A stretch of DNA of 39,341 nucleotides. It comes from a virus. The notes under the pieces were generated by a model. That model saw only the letters and a program-made list of their open reading frames with translations. It was not told the DNA's origin and ran no database searches. How positions within the stretch are numbered: the first letter of the stretch is position 1; each line of letters starts with the position of its first letter. This document shows positions 18,957-25,760 of the stretch, in pieces. The stretch is taken from IMG/VR virus record IMGVR_UViG_3300027898_000005, positions 1 to 39,341 of that record; one strand, written 5' to 3'. The translations under genes and the position numbers were made by a program.

Positions 18957-21410
18957 ATGCCGGTGACAAGCCCCACCTTTAGCATCGCCTATACCGGCGA
19001 CGGCGTGTCCACCGCGTTTCCCACCTCGTTTTATTTTCTGCTGGCAACCGATCTGGTGGTTTCCGTCGCCGGTGCAGCCAAGACGCTCGGCATAGATTAC
19101 ACGGTCGCGGGCGCGCACGATCCGCTCGGCGGAGGCGGCACCGTAACCTTTATCGTCCCGCCGCCCGTTGGCGCTGCGGTGTTCATCCTGCGCAAGCCCC
19201 CGCTGACGCAGGCAGCCTCCGTCACCAATAACGCCAGCATGCTGCAATCGTTCTTCAACGATGTGGTGGACAAGGTTACGATGATCCTGCAATACGCCTT
19301 CGGGCGTTCGATCACCTTGCAGGATAGCGACCCGTCTGGCCCGATGCAGCTTCCCACGCAATCGGCGCGCGCCAGCTCGCTGCTCGGCTTTGATGCGGCA
19401 GGTAATCCTCATCCCTACGCGCTCACCCTTTATGGCATCGCTTGGTGGATCGTATCGTCTCCGCCCGCAGATAGCATGGGCGTCGCAGGGGATATGTGCT
19501 TCGACAATGTGCACTCGATCATGTATGGCCCCAAAACGACGACATGGGGCGCAGGCACCAGCATAGTGGGCCTCAAAGGGGATCCAGGCAATCCAGGCGC
19601 GACGGGCGGCGTCGGCCCCGCTGGCAATTTCAACCCCGCATCGGGCGGCGCGGTGGCATGGGCCAATGCGACGGCGTTGCCCAGCTTTACCTATTCGGCG
19701 GGCGTCATTACCGCCTCGGCCAATGGCGCGCTTGCCTCAACTGTCTCTGATGGCGTCACGCCCACGGTTGGCCAGCGCTGCTGGATTTGGGATTACACCA
19801 AAGCGAATGGCGCTAACGTTGCATACGGCCTCTATAACGTCACTCAGGTTGGCGACGCGACGCATCCGTTTATTCTCACCCGCGCCACCGACGCCAACAC
19901 CGCTGCGCTGCTCGGCTTGGAGAGCGCGTTCGTCAATGGCGGCGCCGCCAACATCGGCCTTACACTGGCGATTGCGCTGCCCACGGCTTCGATCACGTTG
20001 GGTGCCACGGCGCTGCCGGTGACGGTCATCGCAGGCAATGCGGCGCGCACCGCTGCGGACGCTAAGATTGGCGCGAACCTATGGGGCGAGGAGGCGTATG
20101 GCCTTCTGCTGCGGATGACCAATCCCGCTAAATACGGCGCGTCCACCGCCATCGCCAATTATATCGCCGCGCTCAAAACCGCTAACCTTTATGCCAAGCT
20201 GGACTGCCTGCAAGTGTATGTGGCGCAAGACACGCAAGCGGGAACGCTAAACTGGATCGCCAATCTCGCCAACGCCACGCTCATATCCGCGCCAGCTTTC
20301 GTGCCTTATCGCGGCTTTTCCGGCGACGGCGTGGCGTCCTATATCGACACAGGATTTAACCTGAGCACCAGTCCGGTTAATGCCTCGTTGAACTCCGCCA
20401 CAATGCTGGCATGGTCAAACACGCCGGCCCCAGGCTACGCGCCCTACGTATATGTAGCAGTGGGCACGAACCAATCGCTGCTCGGCCCTGCCGGCACCGC
20501 GCAGCTTTACGGCGATCTTAACCGTTCTAACGCAGGCGCAGCGCTGGCCGCTTATGTCGGATCGCAAATCGGGCTGGTGGGCGTAACCCGCGTGGACGCC
20601 TCGAACGTTCGACTTTATCAGAACGGCGGCCTGCTCGGAAACGTGGCCTCTGCCTCCACTGCCGCGCCCGCAGGTAACGCGCTGATCGACGCTCGTAATT
20701 TCGGCTATACGGTGAACGGTTTCCAAACCGCGCAAATCAGCCTGTTCGCCTATGGCGCGGCCTTCTCGGACGCCGATCATGTGGCGTTCTATAATGCCAC
20801 CCGCGCGTTCATGGCGGCGCTCGGCAATTTCAGCACACCCGTCGCAGGGTGGGGGGACAGCCTCACGCAGAACGTCGGGCAGACGCCGTGGCTCACGCAG
20901 ATGATGCCGCTGCGCTCGCCGCAGCGCAACACGTTCAACCAAGGTATCAGCGGGCAGACGTCCGCGCAGATCGCGGCGCGCATGCTGGCCGACACCTCGC
21001 ACTACCAGCAAGACATTGCGGTTATTTGGGCAGGCCGGAACGATCCAGGCGCTTCGATCACACAGGCGCAGACCCTCGCCAACATCGCCTCGATGGTGGC
21101 GCACCAAGCCAACGGGAAATTTGTTGTTCTATCGGTGCCAAACGGCAACACGGAGCCTTCGGGAAACACGCAATATAACAACATCATCGCGCTCAACACT
21201 GCGTTGCAGGAGGCGTATCCTTTTAATTACATAGATATTCGCGCCGCGCTTGTGGCCGCATACAATCCATCTCTGCCTCAGGATGCAATAGACCACGGTA
21301 ATGACGTGCCGCCGTCGTCGCTGCGGGCCGACTTTTTGCATCCGAACACCGCCGGTTGCGCGGTGATCGCACCCATCATTGACACCTTTATTCAGAACAA
21401 AGGCTGGTAA
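18957..21410 (+). CDS. Tail fibre with collagen-like repeat and C-terminal SGNH/GDSL hydrolase domain
   Basis: N-terminal YTGDGVSTAFPTSFYF adaptor-type motif. GDMCFDNVHSIMYGPK followed by GLKGDPGNPGATGGVGPAGN (19569-19628). SGNH blocks GWGDSLT, GISGQTS, WAGRND and DFLHPN (about 20838-21401). Confidence 0.8.
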   Translation: MPVTSPTFSIAYTGDGVSTAFPTSFYFLLATDLVVSVAGAAKTLGIDYTVAGAHDPLGGGGTVTFIVPPPVGAAVFILRKPPLTQAASVTNNASMLQSFFNDVVDKVTMILQYAFGRSITLQDSDPSGPMQLPTQSARASSLLGFDAAGNPHPYALTLYGIAWWIVSSPPADSMGVAGDMCFDNVHSIMYGPKTTTWGAGTSIVGLKGDPGNPGATGGVGPAGNFNPASGGAVAWANATALPSFTYSAGVITASANGALASTVSDGVTPTVGQRCWIWDYTKANGANVAYGLYNVTQVGDATHPFILTRATDANTAALLGLESAFVNGGAANIGLTLAIALPTASITLGATALPVTVIAGNAARTAADAKIGANLWGEEAYGLLLRMTNPAKYGASTAIANYIAALKTANLYAKLDCLQVYVAQDTQAGTLNWIANLANATLISAPAFVPYRGFSGDGVASYIDTGFNLSTSPVNASLNSATMLAWSNTPAPGYAPYVYVAVGTNQSLLGPAGTAQLYGDLNRSNAGAALAAYVGSQIGLVGVTRVDASNVRLYQNGGLLGNVASASTAAPAGNALIDARNFGYTVNGFQTAQISLFAYGAAFSDADHVAFYNATRAFMAALGNFSTPVAGWGDSLTQNVGQTPWLTQMMPLRSPQRNTFNQGISGQTSAQIAARMLADTSHYQQDIAVIWAGRNDPGASITQAQTLANIASMVAHQANGKFVVLSVPNGNTEPSGNTQYNNIIALNTALQEAYPFNYIDIRAALVAAYNPSLPQDAIDHGNDVPPSSLRADFLHPNTAGCAVIAPIIDTFIQNKGW

Positions 21411-21419
21411 GGACACGCC

Positions 21420-22247
21420 ATGACCGACACAAACGAGCTCAACTCCTTCCGCTGCACGATGCGTTGGGAAGGCCGCGCCAAAAAGTCCATGCTGCGCTCG
21501 GATCCAGGCAACTGGACAGGGGGCCGCGTCGGCGTTGGCGAGCTTATCGGCTCCAAATTCGGCGTGTCCGCGCCGACCCTGCGCCGCGAATATCCACACC
21601 TGACCATGGACGAGGTGACAGAAGCCATCGCTCTGACCCTGCATAACAAGAATTACTGGATCCCGTCACAGGCTGGCAAGTATCCAGACGGGGTGGATCA
21701 TGCGCTGGCCGATGACGCATATAACGCCGGCGTCGGAGCTGCCGTGAGCCGCGCTCGCGCCGTATCTCTGTTCGCCCGCGCGAAGCCCGATCCCATCGGA
21801 GCAATCCACGCCTACACCAACAAGCGGCTGGCCTTCCTGCAAAGCCTGCGGATCTGGAGCACGTATGGGCGCGGATGGGGCGCTCGCGTGGCTGGCGTGG
21901 AGGTGGAGGCCATCAAGATGGCGCACCACGCCGTCTCGAACGATGTGACCCATCCGGCCTATGCTGCACTGCAATCGTTGCCGGACACCTTCCAGCACAG
22001 CGCGGCGATGGCCGATGAACAGACCAAGCGCGCCAGCGGGCGGGCCGCAGCCGCTGCGACCGTAACGGCGAGCACCGCGCCGGCGAGCGCCGCTATGGCC
22101 CCGACATGGCTGGCGGATCTGGCGCACCACCCGATTGTAATCGTGGCTGTTATGCTAGCCGCTCTTGCGCTGCTGCTGCTCGTCGTCTATCATCGCCGCA
22201 TTGGAACCATCCGATCTGCGGCGCTCCTCGCTGCGGCCAAAGAATAG
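21420..22247 (+). CDS. Endolysin, GH108-like with PG_binding_3-like region and C-terminal transmembrane segment
   Basis: MRWEGR...SDPGNWTGG...YW...DDAYNAGVGAA resembles the GH108 signature. RLAFLQSLRIWSTYGRGWGARV resembles PG_binding_3. Hydrophobic PIVIVAVMLAALALLLLVV at aa 238-256 (22131-22187) is followed by YHRR. Confidence 0.7.
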   Translation: MTDTNELNSFRCTMRWEGRAKKSMLRSDPGNWTGGRVGVGELIGSKFGVSAPTLRREYPHLTMDEVTEAIALTLHNKNYWIPSQAGKYPDGVDHALADDAYNAGVGAAVSRARAVSLFARAKPDPIGAIHAYTNKRLAFLQSLRIWSTYGRGWGARVAGVEVEAIKMAHHAVSNDVTHPAYAALQSLPDTFQHSAAMADEQTKRASGRAAAAATVTASTAPASAAMAPTWLADLAHHPIVIVAVMLAALALLLLVVYHRRIGTIRSAALLAAAKE

Positions 22248-22257
22248 GAACACGCAC

Positions 22258-22437
22258 ATGAACCTCGATCAAGTTTTGGGTATCGTCCGCGCCGGCATCG
22301 CTTTCGCTGGCGGCTACCTCGTCTCCACCGGCAAGATCTCGGCGGATCAAGTCACCCTCATCGGCGGCGCGGCAGTCGCGGTGTTGACGGCGCTCTGGTC
22401 GTTCAACACCCACGCCGCCCCTGCGGTAAAGCCTTGA
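22258..22437 (+). CDS. Putative holin (two TM segments)
   Basis: 59 aa with two hydrophobic stretches (VLGIVRAGIAFAGGYLV, VTLIGGAAVAVLTALW). AGGAA RBS. Located between the endolysin and the spanins. ORF-track start 22165 overlaps the endolysin, so it was trimmed to ATG 22258. Confidence 0.55.
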   Translation: MNLDQVLGIVRAGIAFAGGYLVSTGKISADQVTLIGGAAVAVLTALWSFNTHAAPAVKP

Positions 22438-22691
22438 CCTGGCTATCGCTTATCCTTTATGGCGTGAAGCTGCTCGGCAGCCTCACGTCATGGCTGCACG
22501 ACCGGCAGATCATTCAAGGCGCGCATGCTGAAATCATAGCCGCCTCGCTACAGGAGCAAGCCAATGCGCTCACCCACGCTAATACAGTTCGTGAAAGTGT
22601 GCGTTCCGATCTTGCCCGCAATCCTGACAGCATCTTGTCAGACGACGGCTTCAAGCGGGCCGAACAGCCTGCTGTTCTGCCAAGGCGCTAA
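22434..22691 (+). CDS. i-spanin (Rz-like)
   Basis: N-terminal TM WLSLILYGVKLLGSLTSWL followed by a helical charged domain. TTGA coupling to the holin stop. Contains the start of an out-of-frame lipoprotein ORF. Confidence 0.6.
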   Translation: MTWLSLILYGVKLLGSLTSWLHDRQIIQGAHAEIIAASLQEQANALTHANTVRESVRSDLARNPDSILSDDGFKRAEQPAVLPRR

Positions 22692-22797
22692 ACCAATTCT
22701 CTGGAGCGCGAAAGACACGGCCCCTACCATCGGACAAGCCAAAGAGCATAATGCCGTGGGCAAAGCGGCGTGTGGATGGGGCAGCAAAAATGGTTGA
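22564..22797 (+). CDS. o-spanin (Rz1-like lipoprotein), overlapped architecture
   Basis: AGGAG RBS 7 nt before ATG 22564, inside the i-spanin gene. Signal peptide ending in lipobox-like LTAS|C (Cys25, 22636-22638). Short 53-aa mature part. Confidence 0.6.
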   Translation: MRSPTLIQFVKVCVPILPAILTASCQTTASSGPNSLLFCQGAKPILWSAKDTAPTIGQAKEHNAVGKAACGWGSKNG

Positions 22798-23035
22798 CAC
22801 CGATACCGACACCCGCGACCGCGTGATCGCCGTTCAGACCGAGGTGGGGCAGCTCCAGAAAACCGTCGAGACTTTGGGCGAGAAGATGGACACGGTGCAC
22901 TCTCTGATCCAGCAAGGCCAAGGCGCTAAATGGGCGGTGGGGCGCATCGGTGCAGTGCTCGGCGGCGGCGTCGGCGCGCTGATCTTCACTAAGGGCGGCG
23001 TCGTGATCTCGGCAGTGGCTGCGGCGTTTCATTGA
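22790..23035 (+). CDS. Small membrane protein, possibly lysis-associated
   Basis: Coiled-coil-like N-terminus (VQTEVGQLQKTVETLGEKMD) and Gly/Ala-rich hydrophobic C-terminus. No clear RBS, start uncertain (22751 or 22790). 3' end overlaps a convergent - strand gene. Confidence 0.4.
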   Translation: MVDTDTDTRDRVIAVQTEVGQLQKTVETLGEKMDTVHSLIQQGQGAKWAVGRIGAVLGGGVGALIFTKGGVVISAVAAAFH

Positions 23036-23228
23036 TATTGCGCTCCCTGCGGATCCGGCGCACCGCCAGCTCCAAGGTGCTGCGCGGCACATCTTCCAGC
23101 TCCGGCTCTTGCACCATCATATCCGTGACCAACTCATCGAGCGTCATGCGCTCCGGATTATAGCCGTTCCGCTCTGCGGCTGTCAGCGCGCCGTTCACCA
23201 GCTTTAAAACTTGTGGATAACCTAGCAT
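22989..23228 (-). CDS. Hypothetical protein (last gene of the leftward arm)
   Basis: Strong AGGAGG RBS upstream of ATG 23228, right after the helicase stop. 79 aa. Confidence 0.55.
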   Translation of the reverse strand: MLGYPQVLKLVNGALTAAERNGYNPERMTLDELVTDMMVQEPELEDVPRSTLELAVRRIRRERNINETPQPLPRSRRRP

Positions 23229-23237
23229 AGCTTCCTC

Positions 23238-25250
23238 CTATTCGATCACCACTTTGTAGTGCACAGGGCCGCCTTCGGAGCTGGCATCGATCTTGATAAC
23301 CGATCCGTCCGGCAGTGTGATGGATTGCCGCAGCGCCTTCTCGATGCGGCGCTGCACCGTCCGCATGGACTTCTCGTCGGCGCGTTGGCCCCATATTGGA
23401 TCCTCGGCGGCCAAGAGCTTCGCGGCCTCATAAGTGGACGCAGAGGTTCGGTGCTGCGCGAGCATGGCGCTGCACAAGGTTTTCGCTATCGAGATCGCTT
23501 CGGCCTGCGCCGCGACCTTAACCGACGCCACCCGCAGCACGCCCACCTCGTCACCGTTCGGTAGGATGACACCGTGGCGCTGGAGCCAGATAGGCGACGC
23601 CCCGCGCAGCGACATATTCATTTTGGCGTCATCGAGACGCACATAGCGGTTCAGCTCATGCGCCGGAATGCCGTAGGTTTCCGCGTCCGCTTCGGAGGCG
23701 TCGAACAGCGTGAGGGCGATGCGCGCCGAGTTGGCAATAGCCGTCGCGCCACGCAAGGCATCCGCAGCGCCTGCCGCCGCGCCTTTGGGCGTGTGGTGGG
23801 TAACGAATATTGAGGCGTTCGATTGCTGCGCCAGCTCACGATACGCCGCCATGATCTGCCGCATGGCTTGGTTATCGCTGTCGTCGCTGTCGTGGGTTTC
23901 GATCAGCGGATCCGCCATCATAACCCCTATGTCCATCTCGCGGATCTTCGCGGCGAGCTGCGCCAGCTCCTCGGTGCGGATCTTAACCGGCCTGTCTCCG
24001 TCCGCCACTTTGAAGCAAAACTCTGCGCCTGGGAGGAGCGCCACATTGGCTGCCACGGCTACCGGATCCAGCTCGAAGGACGCGCAGATCGCCAGCATCC
24101 GGCGCTCCATTTCGTTGCGGTCGTCCTCGATGTTGGCGACCAGCACCTTCGTCGCGCCTTCGATCCGCATCTCTCCGAAGGTCTTACCTACGGCCAGATG
24201 CGCCGCTATGGTAAGCTGCAAGGTAGACTTACCGGCGGAGCCTGGGGCGGCGAGCACCGTCACCGCTCCGCGCATCAGCATGCGCGGGATAATCCAAGCG
24301 CGGCGCGGCAGGGCTTCGGGCAGCGTGAAGGGCCGGAACTCGATGCGCGCGGCAGCGCGTGGAGTCTCTGCGAACACGTCGAACTCGGCGGCGGGCACCG
24401 GAACCACGTCTTTGAACACCACCTCCGGTGCGGCCACGCCTGCGGCGCTGCGACCGTAGTTATATGCGTTCTCGACTTTGCGCTCCAGCCTCTCCCACGG
24501 CCACGGCGGATTGCACCTATCATTCCAATGGTCGCGCATCAGCTCGAAGCACTTGCGCTCGGACACGCCGAAGTCCTTCACGGCAGCGGCGACGCGGTAG
24601 GTGCCGCTATCGCTGCCCTGCCCCATCGTGGTGCCGACTTCGCTCTCCAGATAGCGCGTGGCGAACAGGATCGCGGCGGGCGTGTCCAGCGTCTCCACGC
24701 CGGTCTGCGTCGGCTTCTCGGCCACATGGTCAAGCTGCGCGATGAGGCTGTGCGGGGCGGCGCGCATCGGCGCGTCCACCGCCAGAGTGTAGGTGCCGTC
24801 TTTGGTGTGGGATCCTGGGGCGACAACAAAGCCGTGGAAAGATCGAATATCCAAACCGCGACCGAGCTTATCCACGCTAAGGGCGCGGTTCGGGCCGGAA
24901 AAGTAAAGATGTATCCCGCCGCGCGGCGTCTTTACTGTCAATGTGTCGAGCGGCAGATCGAGATCCATCAACGACATAAAGCCATCTTTATGCGCGTCCA
25001 CGTCCACGACGATCATGTCATCCGTCAACACGCCAACGTTGAAATTGTGCGGCCACCCCATCACCGGATCCGTCCATATCTTTCGGATGGTTTCGGCGTC
25101 GCTGGTGGCGGAGGACGTCCAGCCCGCGACTTGTGGCTTCTTGGTGCCTTCCTGTAGCGGAAACACTCTGAACCCGCGCGCCGCCCAAGCTAATGCGGCC
25201 TCTAACTTGCTTCCAATATGTTGATGTATCGACAAGGCCGCCCCGCGCAT
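23238..25250 (-). CDS. Bifunctional primase-polymerase (PrimPol) / RecA-like helicase
   Basis: N-terminal PrimPol pattern AARGFRVFPLQEGTKKPQVAGW and MIVVDVDAHKDG. Walker A VLAAPGSAGKST with a RepA/AAA_25-like C-terminal domain. 670 aa. Confidence 0.8.
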   Translation of the reverse strand: MRGAALSIHQHIGSKLEAALAWAARGFRVFPLQEGTKKPQVAGWTSSATSDAETIRKIWTDPVMGWPHNFNVGVLTDDMIVVDVDAHKDGFMSLMDLDLPLDTLTVKTPRGGIHLYFSGPNRALSVDKLGRGLDIRSFHGFVVAPGSHTKDGTYTLAVDAPMRAAPHSLIAQLDHVAEKPTQTGVETLDTPAAILFATRYLESEVGTTMGQGSDSGTYRVAAAVKDFGVSERKCFELMRDHWNDRCNPPWPWERLERKVENAYNYGRSAAGVAAPEVVFKDVVPVPAAEFDVFAETPRAAARIEFRPFTLPEALPRRAWIIPRMLMRGAVTVLAAPGSAGKSTLQLTIAAHLAVGKTFGEMRIEGATKVLVANIEDDRNEMERRMLAICASFELDPVAVAANVALLPGAEFCFKVADGDRPVKIRTEELAQLAAKIREMDIGVMMADPLIETHDSDDSDNQAMRQIMAAYRELAQQSNASIFVTHHTPKGAAAGAADALRGATAIANSARIALTLFDASEADAETYGIPAHELNRYVRLDDAKMNMSLRGASPIWLQRHGVILPNGDEVGVLRVASVKVAAQAEAISIAKTLCSAMLAQHRTSASTYEAAKLLAAEDPIWGQRADEKSMRTVQRRIEKALRQSITLPDGSVIKIDASSEGGPVHYKVVIE

Positions 25251-25267
25251 TGTGCGTATGACAAGGA

Positions 25268-25540
25268 TTATTTACGCGAACGTGGTTCTTTCAGCAGCGT
25301 GAGGTGGTAGGTGCCGCGTCGCGCGCCTGGACGGACGATCTGGTTTGCCTCCCGCAAGCGGCGGTTCAGGCGCGTGATATAGACGCCGAGCTTCTGCTGA
25401 ACGTCGCGCAGTTTATGCTCCTCCACGTCGGCGTCCAGCGGGAAAACGACGCGATAGAGCGCGACGATCCCGACGTCCGCGCCATCGGGAGGAAGCGCCT
25501 TGTAGAGAGCCTGCATCGAAGTCGGGAGCTTATTCAGCAT
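25268..25540 (-). CDS. Small DNA-binding protein, OmpR/PhoB-like winged-helix signature
   Basis: LGVYITRLNRRLREANQIVRPGARRGTYHL resembles the Trans_reg_C recognition helix plus wing (V.VHI.RLR.KL...I.TVRG.GY). Start trimmed to ATG 25540 (11-nt overlap with the upstream gene), weak RBS. Confidence 0.45.
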   Translation of the reverse strand: MLNKLPTSMQALYKALPPDGADVGIVALYRVVFPLDADVEEHKLRDVQQKLGVYITRLNRRLREANQIVRPGARRGTYHLTLLKEPRSRK

Positions 25541-25760
25541 CTTGGTATCTTTCTGGAACGGACGGAGTGTAGCCAGTTGTCGGCACATAGGCGCGCTGGA
25601 ATGTGGCAGGGCGCATAGCGGTCGTCACATAGCCCTTCTCCTCCAGCTCAAGCAGCGCGGCGGTGGGGCGGCGTCCATACGCCATAACCCAATGGCCGCG
25701 CCGCAATTTGTTGAGAAGGGTTACGGCGTGTTTGCTCAATTCTGGAGCGTCATTTGACAT
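25530..25760 (-). CDS. Hypothetical protein (possible wHTH)
   Basis: 76-aa ORF. Its ATG (25760) overlaps the polymerase stop region (25750). LNKLRRGHWV...LLELEEKGYV looks like a winged helix. Confidence 0.45.
   Translation of the reverse strand: MSNDAPELSKHAVTLLNKLRRGHWVMAYGRRPTAALLELEEKGYVTTAMRPATFQRAYVPTTGYTPSVPERYQDAE

Noticed and set aside
18957-21410. Possible diversity-generating retroelement targeting the tail fibre, as in some podoviruses with variable receptor-binding tips.
   Set aside because: No reverse transcriptase ORF is present in the window, and by eye I found no template/variable repeat pair near the fibre 3' end. The fibre ends in an SGNH domain and is followed directly by the endolysin.
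22165-22257. Longer 90-aa version of the holin ORF starting at 22165.
   Set aside because: The extension overlaps the endolysin 3' end in another frame and is Cys/Ser/Arg-rich nonsense. An RBS and ATG at 22258 give a typical two-TM holin.
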